DNA of 64,000 bases, taken from positions 24,090,150-24,154,149 of the forward strand of contig NC_134026.1 of the NCBI RefSeq assembly GCF_964204645.1. Reading direction: 5' to 3'. A model generated the notes under the pieces. That model searched no databases, was not told the origin of the DNA, and saw only the letters and a program-made list of their open reading frames with translations. This stretch comes from Tubulanus polymorphus (Eukaryota; Animalia; Nemertea). Below are positions 41,470-55,870 of the stretch, one piece after another; positions within the stretch are counted from its first letter, which is position 1, and every line of letters begins with the position of its first letter. Both the position numbers and the translations under genes were made by a program.

Positions 41470-43359
41470 AACGTCACTTATTAGTCATCTATTATGAACG
41501 GCCATCACTGTTTTACTGTCTTTCTTCTGAAAACATAATTTGTCCAACCTGTTGTCAAACCTGTAATGACTATTTTCCCTAGATTTGAAGTGTCTGATTT
41601 CACATGAAATAAGCATTCTTCTATGAACTAGTTTTTTCAAGAACAGTCTTTGGAACCTAATCGGTGCTCAGTCAAAAGTTATTGCTGACAAACAGTTTCA
41701 CAAATGAACTAACCGTATTGAATGGCTATATAGGGCTACAGGTACAATACACATTTAAGCAGAAATTATTTTAACTCTTATAACAGAATAGCAGAAGTAC
41801 CAGTATTTGTCACTATAATACAGGACAGATGGTTATGTTATGCTGTAAGTAAAAGCTATTTTTAGTATTGATCGGACAAAGAAATGCTAAAACATTTGGC
41901 TCGATGCCATTTTATCTAAAACATGTAAGTCCAATGCTAGTTCAAATATGATGTGTGGATGATATTTCTTTGATCAACATTGGCACATTACAGTACACTG
42001 ACGCATCCGCAATTCATAATTTATTCTGTTCTGAGATTATCTTTCTATAAGCTTACCATGTTCTATCATTGATATTATTGATCACATGGCAAATAGAAAA
42101 CCAATAGAGGCATTCAAATCTCAGCCAATTTATGGCAATTTTGCCAGTTCAGATTCATTACGAATGTGTGAATTTGAATTAACTTTACGTTACTAGTTTA
42201 ACATGAATGGCAGATAATGTATAATGATGTCTATGACGTAAATGATACATCAATGCGATCGATTTCGTTTATGCCAGCACTGCAAATATTGATTTATTGG
42301 ACCTAATCATAAAATTGCGACATCTATAGCCGCATCAAACATTGCGAGTTGTGTTATCCCCATTGTGGGACTTTGTACCCAAACAAATCAGCTTTAATCA
42401 ATATGGACAAAAATACATGAATTTTTGATATGGAGTATAGACCCAAGCCAAAACACTTAAAACAATGGATTTGTGTCAAGTCAACTTGCAAAATATTATG
42501 AGTTAGCCTTAAGGCTATAGCCTATATTATAGGCTGACATATAAAGGTATTTATATATCAAAGAAAATTGAAAAGCTTTGGAAGTGGATATATTTTGCTG
42601 ATGCAGAAAGTTTTGGAAGTGGATATATTTTACGGATGCGGTTATTTAGCAAACGTTATTATTCCACCTTCTATAAGATAAACTATAAAATCAAAAAATC
42701 AATACTAAGTAGGTTTGGGGTAAGGGTCAGGGCTTGGATAGAGTTACTCTAGAGAGTCCAGATGGTAGGACTCATTTTAAGTCGATTAGGATCTAGGGTT
42801 ATAGTCAAAACTATTTCAAGTAATTCAGTTCGCACTCTCAGTAGTCTAGTGGGAAGATGAAGTGGTAGGCCTATTTCGGCCCGGGTTCAAATCCTGAATT
42901 GTCTGCTCTAAGTCACACCGAAAATTTTGAAAGGTATTTTATCGACATCAAGGATAATCATAATAATGGAGACATGAGTAGAAAATATCCCCTGCCTTAG
43001 TTTTCGCAATCAAAACATTAAAATGTCATTCCTACATATGTGGCCAATACATAAGCTTCAATTCAAATCAAATGCAAAATACCCTAACAAACACCAGTAT
43101 GACTCGCATGAGTAGAGTAGGCCTACCTACAGACAGTTAATCATGAGTTTTACAGTCACAGACACGCGTCACCACACAACCTTAGAAAGTGACAGTTGAT
43201 TGGTACAAACAAAAAGGCAACAATTGATTTAACTGCTAGAATGTGACTTAAATCGTTACCTGTTCGTTGCTTCATTTGGTAAAGTCGACTTCGAGTTCGT
43301 TTTTTGCGTTCCTTCATAAACAATTTGACAGCAGATGTCAGCTGTAAAAAGTAAATAAA

Positions 43360-43425
43360 TAATCATACGTCACTTCTTCTTCCGGGTTAACATAAATCTC
43401 CGGTAATGGCGACGGTAACGGCTCA
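43360..43425. promoter_or_regulatory. Bidirectional promoter region RhoBTB / TADA2A
   Basis: CRE-like tacgtcac, ETS cttccggg and YY1-like aatggcg cluster between the divergent genes. Confidence 0.55.
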
Positions 43426-43546
43426 GAATTGGCCTTTTCTCGGGATCCGGCTATTCCACTGTCTTGCTCAAGGTCGTTGAGCCATCTGACATTTCGGGTT
43501 AAATTAAAATAGTGATAAATATTCTGGCAATTATCTGGACAAAATC

Positions 43547-46265
43547 ATGCCTCCAAGCAATAAAAACTCTATGTGCCCTGGATGTGGCATCATTTTGAAA
43601 GAGCCATATATCAAATGTGCAGAATGTGTGAAGTCTTTGAGTATTTGTCTCCGATGTTTTGCCAGAGGAATTGAAGTTCGTAAACATAAAAGTTACCACA
43701 AATTTGAAGTTATAGTAAGTACATGTATTCCGTATCCAGGATTTATATGCATATGAAAGTAAGCTAAAGAACCAAGCAGAACGAAGCGGGAGAAATGATT
43801 TATATGTTTAGGGCTAAAAGTTCAATGTCAAAGAGTGTACACACGAATTGGTTAAGATTATTGCTGAGCTCGGCCTCAAGGCTCAAGCGCCTCAGGAGCA
43901 GATGATATCCAGCAATTTATTCCAGTCAAGTGCTGATAATTCGAGGTCGGCGCATTATTATTCAAAGTCTTTTAGGCCTACTTAATGTATTAACAAATGA
44001 AACACTATTGAATTTTTAGAAAAATGACTTCTCACTGTTCGAAGAAAAATGGACCGCCGGTGAGGAACTACATTTATTGGATGCTATATCAGAATGTGGT
44101 ATTGGAAACTGGTAAGGCAAATATGGTAGCATCTGTAAAAATGATAAACTCCTAAATCAATTTAACATAAACCAAATTAATTGAAGAAATTAAATTGATT
44201 TCGGAGTTAGGCTAAACTCCATTTTGTAAAACTGGGTCCTGGCCAGGGCCTCATGTACGATATATTGTATCTGGCTAAGAAATATTGCACATTATTCTAA
44301 ATATAATGTTGGGAATGCATTGTTTTATCGTGTGCATATCTTTAAAACATGTGATGCTACTGTACCTTATCATTCGTAATGTTATCTAATCTTAACAGGC
44401 AAGATGTTGCAAGTCAGCTACAAACAAAAACCAAAGAGGAATGTGAACGCCACTACAATATGTATTATATACATAATGCTAAACCGCCTTTACCAGGTAA
44501 GTGCATGTTCTATGTATTAAATCGTCCTTTGTAATGAGTAATTATTTGCTAGATTTGCATGGTTTTACAATTTACAATTCAATGAACGGTTTACACATTT
44601 TTCAGAAATGCCAGATCCCATCATTAGTTATCCACCACCTGCGATTGTTTTCAAATGTAAGTACTCAAGTGTTTCGTTCATGTACAAAAATTTATATCAT
44701 ATTTGACCGGTAGATCATGTTTTATTCCTTTAAAAGTATCTGAGGATCCACCACGACCACCGGATGGTTCTATGATGCAGATGGATATGTCTGGTTATAT
44801 GGCAGCTCGAGGTGATTTTATGGTTGAACCATGCAATTATGCCGAATCAGAATTAAAAGATATTGAATTCACTGACGAAGATAGCGATGACTGTGAAACT
44901 CAACTTAAATTAGCCGTTGTGGAAAACTACTGGCAAGTGTTGAAAGAGAGACAATGGAAGAAAAAGTGAGTTTTTCTGAATTTAAGTGGGATAAATTAGT
45001 TACACTTAGATTCACTTAATTTTTCACTTTTCTCTTGTTTTTATCTTGTAGAATCATAAGAGATTTTGGGCTTATCAATATCAAAAAAGTTATGGGTAAT
45101 TATTTTGGTGTACGCCATTAGATACCTAATGTATAGCATTATGAAAAATAGCGCAGCATGCTTAATGTATTGATGTACGGTATGCTTTGATTTCAGCCCA
45201 GTATAAACGCTTCGATCCAACCATCAAGACATATCTGGACAGACTTTTGCCTCTCTTGAGACTTTTGTCTCCTGTTGATGCAGATATGTATTTAGAAACA
45301 CTCCATTGTAAGTAAAATATCATTCATGTAACAAGTTAGTATTCATTTTACTATTTGGACATTTTATGGTCTGTAAATCCTTGATTTTAACGAAGGATAT
45401 ATATATTTCTGTAGATGAAGTTCAGTTAAAGAACGAGATCAGAAAATTGCAAGAGTACAGAGAAAATGGCATAACACGAATAAGACTCATACACCTGTAC
45501 GAGTCATTAAAACAACGTCGCAAAGAAGAAAGTGAAAAACCAAAATTTACTACTGAAGTAATGAATCATGTAGAGGTACGTGGAAACTAATTACATCCGA
45601 ATGGAACTGGTCATTTATATCATTTATATAATTTATTGTTTGTTCTCCAATTAATAATTTAAGTACACAGTTCAGCAGGACGGTACTTTTTTCGCTAAGC
45701 TGCATAGAGTTTTTACTAATTTTGCATTGTTTGAACATAGAGAGATGGAGCTTGTCAACAATGGTTACAGAAATCTTTAGCTTCTGAAGATGGTCAAGTC
45801 CCTATACCACCTATGAGTAAGTATTGCTAACTTTTCATCGAATGATGGAAACAACATTTTTTACTTACCGGTAATGGAAACTATGTATTACTTTCAGCTC
45901 GTCGAAGTGCAGCTCCTTTAGATGTGATAGGATTACCTGGTTATGATAAACTGTCAACCAAAGAAAGAGAGGTCAGTACTAATGAGTTAACAGAACCTAT
46001 TAAATGAACTACATGCATGTATACCATAGTAAATTGCTTAAATTTATGTCATTCTCATTCTCTTCATCCACAGATTTGTTCCAAATTCCGCTTGATTCCG
46101 AAATCATATCTGGATTTTAAAGAACTATTGATAAACGAATGTCGTAAACACGGATATCTCAGATTAGCTCAGGCTCGACAACTAATAAAAATCGATGTCA
46201 ATAAAACTCGCAAACTGTTCGATTTCCTTGTAGAAGAGGGAGAAATCAATAAAGAACCGACATAA
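43547..46265 (+). CDS. TADA2A: Transcriptional adapter 2-alpha
   Basis: ZZ finger CPGC...EPYIKCAEC...CLRCF, SANT WTAGEELHLLDAISECGIGNW|QDVA...KTKEECERHY, DPPRP...DMSGYMAARGDF, and SWIRM LRLAQARQLIKIDVNKTRKLFDFL. Confidence 0.93.
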
Positions 46266-48295
46266 ATGATAAATAATATATAACTGTGTCTCAAGCTTTC
46301 ATTCATATGGGCATATTTCCAAATCTCCATCGAAATTATGGCGAGAATCATGTGGGCAATGATTTGCTTATTCTGTCTAGGCAGTAAGCATGTGTTGCTC
46401 GTTAGTTTATCCTCATAACGAATACAAGATGGAAGAAACTCCAAAAGAGTATGAATTGTTTGTACATATACATATGTTTATTATACAAGTTACAGCGCAT
46501 TTGTGTCACACAGGGCTCCCAATAATAATCTTTAATACGTATGATTAATAGTCATCACAGAAAACGTACTAATTATTTCTAACTTTATTACCATGATTTT
46601 CTATGATTCTACAATATCCAAAACATCACCCAGCTAGAAGAGAATTTGGCAGGAGTTGACCAAGCATAGCATTTCATATAAGCTGAGCATAATATCAAAG
46701 ATGAAATTGGCAGCAATGTCATGCAGGATCCCTATCTTTGAACTTAGGTATATTTTAGCGATTTTTTATATTATTGTGTCCACATTGCATTAAGATTTTA
46801 ACTGATATTTCTGTGAATATAAATTTCAACGTAAATATATGTGAACTTGCATTTTGAATATTTCAACCAACAAGCAACAGGTTTAACATTAAAAAAGAAA
46901 TTACGTTAATATAACCATAGCACATTTCTTGTGATTTTCTGGTTAGAATATTAAAGGAAAAATCTACAAAATTAGAGAACTCATTTTAAAACCAATTTAG
47001 GTCCGAAATATCGGACAATAAGTCTATGAAAAAAATGGAAACAATCAATTCTTCACTGTGGCAAGACATGATGATGGTATGATCACTCTGCACTGATGTT
47101 GCACTAAGTACCTGAATATCAATTTCTATTACATGTATATGGAACTGCTGTTAACTTTTAGAACTAATATAAACCTAGTTACAATGACTAGTTCCTTCTT
47201 GATGACAACTGGCTTTTTCTATTCTACTCCAGGAGTTATTAATTGCATCATTACAAGTTCTTAATTTGGTAACATTTCATGGTTCATAGATATAAATGCA
47301 TGAAGTCATTGTCACAATGCAGTTGTTATCCAATAATGATCTATCTATATCTAGCAGTAAAACAACATATAACCACGTAATATACCACTGTTTTATCTGG
47401 TGATTGAGGCAAAAGCAAACTAAAATTGAAGCCAGGGCGATGTTTATGGTACAATAAATCATTTGCATATTCATTGGTCTATCTATGAACAAGTCTTAAA
47501 TTGAGCTTCGGCAAACACTGTTCTTATTATGTTTAATCATGGAAGTACAGTACAGAATATCCCCAGTTAGATACTCCCGAGAGAAGATACATATGAAGCA
47601 AACACATTGCTGTAGCCATGGATGTATGAACTAGTTTATACATCCATGCTGTAACTGTATTGAATGACGAGCACTACTGTAATACCCATCACACAAACAA
47701 ACATATCGTACATACATTTTGTATACAGGTCTAATTCCACAAAACCAATAAGAGACTCTTTTAGTTGCACCTTGATCTGAATCTTATTAATATAACATCA
47801 TGGAATCGGCCCAAAACAAAGTAATTCATTTTTGTATAATTTTTCCAACATGCAGAAGACTATTGAGAGTTTTTTAAACTCTTGATAATTTCCATTATAA
47901 ATCTTTAAGGACTAGACAATGTTCACTTTAGTCAGTCAATATATACAAATACATTATTAATCCAAAATATCCATTGTATGTGACTCCAGTACCTTAAAGG
48001 TACGTGTTCCAGTCAGCAACATAAATCAATGCACGCCCATAACTTCAAAAGCAAATCTCCCAAATCAGCATCATCCAAATAGTACATATCCATTACACCT
48101 CAGATTTGAAATTAACTACAGACTACACTTTTCAAAGAGACAGTAAAGTTAAGTCCCAGAGATGCTGTATTATGAAGTAAGCAATACCTTTTACAAACCT
48201 AAAGATTCGATAACAAATTTGGGTTAAAGTAAGGCATACTCCACCGAATATAACCGTACTACAATATCTATCATATAAGTATATACCATCACAGT

Positions 48296-51200
48296 TTAAC
48301 AAGGCATCATTAATGCCTCTTGGGATGACTCAACCATAGTCTCAGCGGTGTTATTGTTGCCTGAAAGGTTTCTGAAACAGCTACGGCATACACGGACTGG
48401 TTCCCAGAGTTGTTGCGTTGGAATCGAAGTGAAATAATCAGTGCACTGTCCACAAAATACTTTACCACAGTTTCTACAACAAATAACTCTCAAATTAAAA
48501 CCAAACTGCACGTTTTAAAACCAAATTAAAATGATTTGTTTTGATAAGTTGCACATACACAAGTAAGTCATTTTCGTGTATTACTGAACTTATTGATAAA
48601 GTAAACATTTGACCTCATTAGATCAGGGTTTTATTACATTTCATGCTGATTTGACACTTCCTTTTGGACCATTCAAAGGCACCAAATATGTAAACAATAA
48701 TGGAACTAAAGGTCAAATGTAAAGCCCAACAATCATCATCTACAGTTTATATATTACTGCAAACAGCCTTAGCCATTTATAAACAATGATAGCGCCATAC
48801 CCATAACCATTAATTGTGAGAAAGAAAAGCAGGTTGTTTAAAGCGGGTACCAATATCTTAATTGGTAAGATAGTTATCAGAATACTTATCACTAGATTTA
48901 TAATTGGTGGTAAGAAAATCCACAACCAGTATCAACTGTTATCAGCCAAGTTTTATCCAGCAAGAGTATTATAGAATTTGGAAAATTGACACAATTCTAT
49001 TGGCGGGTAAACATCAGAGATATTTTTCAGACTTGATAGGATAGAAGTTTGACACAACAATTGTTGTTAAATGCAAAAAGAAATAAAACCATTTCTTTGC
49101 AAATCAGAAAATATTCATTCAGCTTAAACGATGAAATATCACCATAATTATGTAACCAAATCTAACTATGACCATAACATAGAGCATTTCTAAGCACGAC
49201 AGAATCAAATCATCCAAAAAAGAAATAAGGAAACCAATAGTATCAAGACTATTTGTCAATACCTGTTTTTTGATTCGCAAAAAGAAATGGCTTCAAGAAA
49301 AGGAGTTATTCATGCAAAAGACTTACAAGAAGCCACATGGACTTGCCTGCAGTGATGCTTTCGTCGGACAACCCAGAATTCACCCTGACAACCAGCACAA
49401 TGTGTAACGGCATGATCAGGCACCCATAACGTCATACGAGCATCTTTCTCATCGATATGTTCCCACGACAGATCTGAGGCAGCTGTACTGCCGTTACCGA
49501 GGGATTGCAACTCCCCGCTGCCAGTAGATTCAGGCAGAGACGACTGAAAATATTCCAAATGCATTTTCAATACTGGTAGATCTGAAAACAGTGTACTTTT
49601 ATATTGAGTGTTATCAATCTCATCAAATGGTACCGGTAGGCAATTAAAATATACCGGTGTTAAAAAGAATTACTATTGGTTGATTACGTTTTCATTTACT
49701 CAAAAATAATAAAATCCTGAAGAGAAATGACTGAGAATATTATTTACCATGTCATCGTTATTTTCAGTAGCAAGTCGACCATTACATCCCGAAGCATACT
49801 GATATAAAGCGACTTTTGCAGCGCGCAATTGTCGCTCTAATGTCTCTATACGATGTACATATTCACATTCCATCTGATGCAAACGAATCTGTACGGGATC
49901 ATCATTCACAGTCAAACCATCGATGTCCAACTGACGCGTGATTGCCGCATTGTTACGATAAAATCGTGGCTCCGATATCTACGGATATAAGTCAAACATA
50001 TATTGTTTTTTTCTTTCATGTATCAAATTACATAGAACGCTAGAATAGATTCAGATTCAGTATAATTATTGATTACAAAGCAGAGCTTGTACGTACCTTA
50101 CTATCAGCACTAGGAGTGGCTGGACACGATGAGCATGGAGTGTGTGAATTGTTAGGAGTCGAGTTAGCTGAATCAGTACGCGAACTACCCTTACTGGATA
50201 CTTCACGCGAGCCATCACTTTGCGAGCTACGAGAAGATCGCGTACCATTATCTACTACGGGACCTAACGTCAATGTTAGATCATTCACTTTTAAGCTTTG
50301 TCCGTTAAAATGAAATTTCTCATTTAGATTGATATTAACATGCGAATCACTGATATCTGTTGTACTGGTACTGATACTAGTACCCAGACATTTACGTTCA
50401 ATAAGTTCATTAATATTTGGCTCAGAACAACAGCCATTTTGTCGCGGAGACAAGACGGTGTTTTCTTTAATAATAGTCCTAGCAATACTATCGCTTTTAG
50501 TGTCTTTAATATTAATGATTGCATCTTCAGTGAGCGTGTCTGTGGAGCTTTCTATAGCTTGTCCCACATCAGACTCCACTGTATACACACTATCACAGTC
50601 CACACATTTATCACTGGCAATATCACATTGTCCGTTTGGCACGATACCATTTTCCTTTCTAACACCTGTCTCTAATGTACCATTTTCTAGGATATTTCCG
50701 TTAGAAATCGAATGTTCGTCATCGTTTAGAAAACCATTTTCTAGCACATTTTGTTGAGATAGATCTTGCTCCGTATCGCTATCGTTCGGACTAAATTCCT
50801 CCGGTATTTGAATCGTAGAATCTCCTTCCGAAGCCGTCTCCGATTCCCCGTTCATTTGATGATCACTTGCGTCTGGTTTCAGCGTGATTTCGCTCAAATG
50901 CTTCTCAAATTTTGCTGACTCCTCGTTGGCGTTGATCTCGAGACGTTCGACTTCAGTTTGAAGGAGAAATTTCGGATCTCTGTGGTCGGAACTGAGGTTT
51001 GGGTCAGATGATGTTCTTGTTAGATTACTCGTATGTTCTAATGCTGCAACAATGTCGTCGCATGATCGAGTTTTTGGCAATAAATTCTGTTCCTTTCTGT
51101 CATCAGTGGTACTGTCTGGGGTAAGTGGTGGAGCACTCATGTCAAGAATGTCCGTCATGGGGGCAGTATTAGCCAAGTAAACTGCATTCCACAGTAGCAT

Positions 51201-54200
51201 GTCTCTTACGTGATATGCAGGACGCAGCACCTGGAAATTTTAATGAACCATCGGATGAATTTCCAATTAATAACAATGAGGAACATCAAAACATGTTTTT
51301 CTATATAAATTTATCGATATACTAACCTGAGTATTATTCCTGGAGTACAAATAGTTTGTAATCTTCCAGGGTTTATGTTTGAGCAGAGACCAGAATGAGA
51401 ATGAACGGGATTTCACGTTTTCTTTCTCGCGTTCCATGACGGTGTTGCACAGAAACGTTCCGAATAAACATGAATAAGTGTGATAAACGAGTTTACACTG
51501 GAAAACATGAGAAAACAAAACATCGAGAAAGTTGTCATTGTGGAAGACAGGAGATGATGATAATTTGAGTTTGAGAGATGTCCTACGTACCAAGAATGCT
51601 TCATTGAATTCGAAGGCACAAGGGAACTGTTCCACTAGTTGATGAATGCAGTCTAACCATTGGATAAACACTGGACACCTTTCATTTACATCATCACTAC
51701 CTAAACCTTGGCCACATCTATCACTGAACTTGTGACCAAACTCCAACCATTCTCTTTCGACCAATATCTGAAAACCCTGTAACAACAATATTAATTCATT
51801 ATTTATACTGCCAATACAAATAGGGAACAGCGGAGGCCTTTTTTCGATGTTGCACTATACCTCTATGGTCCTATAGAATGGGTCTAACATGATTTCGGCT
51901 AAGGCAACAATCTGTGGAGTGCGATCCCAGCCATCTGAGCAATGAACGACAACGGGACGAGCTTCTAAATTGACAGCATTCACGACCGTTAGTGCCGACT
52001 TCATCAGTCCCGAAATATGGTGCAACCATTTAGTATTTTCTAATGCAGAGAGCCATGAACTGAAAATACATTACACAACTATAGATACATCTGGAATAAA
52101 TACATATTATGATTAATATCATGATCATGTTTTCATAGATAGGGCATTAACCTTTTACACTAGGGCTTGGGATAAAAAATGCATTAAAAATGCAATTAAA
52201 AATGCTTACTTAGCTTGTTCAGGTCCCGAGGCACACAGAGTTCTCATTGCCTGAAAACTCTTCCTGATTGTGTGTATATTTGCCAAACTCATGAACTGTA
52301 TCTCGCAGTTCGGGTAATACTCTGGACATTCACATCCTCCACCTTTCGCTCGGTTAGCCACAGCAGCAGTGTAAGACCGAGCATCGATTATCAGCAATTT
52401 CTGCAGCTGAGCTGTTCGATTCCCACCTGCAAATTACATAGGAGAAAAGAAAACATCACATAAAACTTGAAGATATCAAAGGTGTGTATTTTCATGTGAC
52501 ACAACTAAAAAAAAAGCCTCAACCCTTTCAGTGCTGACTAATTGATACCCGAAAGTGCTGGAGATAATTTGTAAATTTCTAAAAATTCCACCCAGTATGT
52601 TGAATAATGGGTTTACTGCTTTAGTGCATCTACACCATGACGCGGTGAGTCCTTAGTTACTAATAGATCGCCATCTTCCAAAAGGGATAAAAACTAATTG
52701 CTAATTACATTGATACACTACAATGTGGTTTACTAGCAAAGTCCATCACCGGTACATACACCGCACTGGAAGGGTTAATACTTAGAAATAAGCGCACCGG
52801 CGTGTCCATTGGCAATGGAACCATTGCTTGCACTTTTCAATTGGTTATTATCTTCATCCCCTCGATTTTCAGCGCACGCTTTAGCGATAGCCTGTAATAA
52901 GTCTTCGTCTTCCGTTCGTCGCCAGCCTAACCAACCGACTTCAGGCTGACTACATCGACCGATTATAGCCCCGGTACGTCTGTCTCTACAATGAATTACA
53001 TAACAAAGAACGTTTAATCCAGCTCAATAAGTAGACCTAATTGCGACAATTGACACCTCGATAAAACCATATTATCTTAATAACAATAACGTGACAAGTT
53101 CGATAATTCTTATCAAGTAAATGGCACCGAATAACTGTTACAGGTCCTATTTGTTACAAGGTCCAGTATCAAATTAGGTCTATCAGCTAATAACACAACC
53201 ATCAAAATACGCAGCATAGGAAAGTATTCCATTAGTCCTATATTTCGTCCATAAATCTTACCTCCAAACAACAGATGGAATACGCTTAGATGATCGAAAT
53301 GAAACAACATTCTCTAAATGTTTTTCATCAACTGATGATGGTACTATGTGATACTGTGGATATGTATTGCATACTCTGTAATTAGAAAATAAACCATCGT
53401 AAAAAAGAATTTATCCGCATAAATACTATGCACTTTTACTATGCACTTCTAGTCGATGCATGTTAAGCTAATAAATAGGTTAATTAAACAAATATTACTT
53501 GTAATCCTCATTCCAGTAACTAATTCTCCAGGCACCTTTCAGATCGAAACCCATTCGCTCTACCTCCTGACCAAAACTATAGGCGTAATCATCACCTACA
53601 TGTAGGAAAAATTGTTTTTTACAATATCATTCGAGCATCAACAGAAAAACGAAATACGCTAGCTTTTTTTCGCATAAACCCTGCACAGTCTGCACGTGCC
53701 GTTGAGACAGAATCAGTCCCTCGAGGCAGGGTTCTCTAGACCATTGTTATTCAGACAGGTTCGTGTGTTCCTTTTTTTATGAAAGTTATCTACGATTTAT
53801 ATCATTGTTACAGTGAGAACAAAAAATCTTAATGAATGCTTTCAAAGTGAGCCAACAATGCTATGCGCAATGTGGTCTATAGATCTATATTCTACAAAAA
53901 AATAATTTTGAAATATTGTTTTGGAATTTTTTCAGTTAATAATCATTATTTAGAATTTTCGTTATACTAAACACCAGCGTGGGCTAAAGTTGATGTTAGC
54001 AGTGGTATATGAATTTAGGCAGTTTCATTTATGACAGTCAATCTATGTCACAGATGGTATTCCATCTGTCATAACGCAAACATTAATTGTATATAGCAGT
54101 TTGCCAGTACTTCCATATGAATTAAACACTTCAGTTAGATAGTAGCATTTCAAACCGACCTAATCACGAGTCTGAAGACCGTTCTATGATCTCTCCATGG

Positions 54201-55870
54201 CAAACAAATTCAGTTATGCAATTTCATAATAAGCAACAATGGTTTACTGAGAATAGGGGAACACTACTTAACTGGGACAGCGGATTCAATTTAGGCTTGA
54301 ATTATCTAACTTTAATGCTTTCATATAGGCCTATATCCAAATATTGCCTAGACTCTATAAATACTTTCTTCATAATATTATGCAATCTTATATCCTTGTT
54401 ATAATTACAGCTTTAGTAACTCATGTAGTAAGAACCAGTAGTGAGTGACCCCGATCAGTTGAATAGAAATTACGTTGACAGATTTCGAAACATGTTTCCT
54501 ATTTTTACCTTGCAGTAAACAGGCGTAATCTTCTGTATCCGAGATACACCTATGGTCCTGACAATAGGCGTAGAATCGAAATGCAAATACATCATCAATT
54601 TTTCTGGGAGGATCCAAAGCATAGCTCAGTCTTTTATACCACTCCATACATAATTCATTCGTTGAAAATGTGCACCTAGAATGCAAGAAACCAAGAGCAA
54701 AAAAGTCAAAACCGAAAGAAGCCAATCGAATTCCTGGTAATTGAACAGATTTTAACATAATAAATAAATAAACGCATCGGTCTTAACCGATCGCGATAAA
54801 GATGGCCTTACCTTATGACTCGGGCATCTTTGCAATAAACATGTAAGAAGAAGATATCTCGGCATTCAATCATCTCGATAAGTCCCAGTGGAATATTGAT
54901 GAATGAATCCGCATAACAAACAAGCAGACGAAAGTTTGATAATGTGATCGTCCCGTCCGACGTGCGGCCCAGATATGTGACATTCTCTCCGACTAGAGGT
55001 GGAAATGGGATCTGTAATGACTTGTCATCGGAAATAGTCTCACGTTGCGGGTAAATCTCGCGAGCCTGCACATATTCAAGACTGCTTTCTTCCTGGTATG
55101 ACTGCAAAATGCAACACGTTACTTGTTATCATACATACAAGAAATTTGCCTTATCCAACAATAAATTCAAATTCACAGCACGCATTTATCTATGCACTAA
55201 AGCCTTGTAGGACTGACCCAAGATCAAAATACCCAATAGATAATATAGCTCACACATGTCAATAACTGGTCCACCAATTCTACTCGTCCTATGTCCACCC
55301 AAAGATACTCATAACAAGATATAATGCTGACCATTGGCATCTTTGCGTCGAATATGTCTGATTTCATTATTCTACCCTTTGACGATAAATAATTTTTCAC
55401 AATACGTATTTCAAAATAATTTCCTATAGTAATCAGTCCACATGCTGAGTAATACACGAGCATATGTTGCATAACATTTTCCACATATCCTACTGGTTAG
55501 AGCAAAGTTCATCGACTATCCCGCATGTTTGTCTGGTTTCATGCGACATAGTTTTCTTTTTAAATCAACCAATCAATTACCATAAACTTTCCCATATTTT
55601 CATGAAACTAGTGGGCACTGAGTTTGAACCAGGCCCGATATAACCGTTAGCATGAATCAACTTGTTTCAACTATTGCTGACCTGATATTTTTAAACCTGT
55701 ATATATATATATAAACAGTAAGATGGCTGAACTAAAAGTTCAACTTCTTAGAAAATGTTTCGAGTTTAGTCTATTGTAGACATAGCTAGGCTTCATATTA
55801 TTAGTAAAACAGCAATAAAAAGAATATCTTAGGTAGGCCTTACAGGTAACAAAATTCTATAACTCACCAT
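48296..55870 (-). CDS. Myotubularin-related protein 3/4 (PH-GRAM, phosphatase, coiled coil, FYVE)
   Basis: ATG|gtgag at 55870-55868 is spliced to SYQEESSLEYVQA. Also DARSYTAAVANRAKGGGCECPEYY, catalytic VHCSDGWDRTPQI, and FYVE WVPDHAVTHC...RRKHHCRNCGKVFC. Probable TSS near 57540-57600. Confidence 0.94.
52523..52774. mobile_element. piggyBac-like MITE in an MTMR intron
   Basis: tcaa|ccctttcagtgc ... gcactggaaggg|ttaa: CCCT...AGGG TIRs with a (degenerate) TTAA target site. Confidence 0.68.

Noticed and set aside
50116-50757. Several overlapping plus-strand ORFs
   Set aside because: Antisense to the large low-complexity MTMR exon, with no independent splice or domain evidence.
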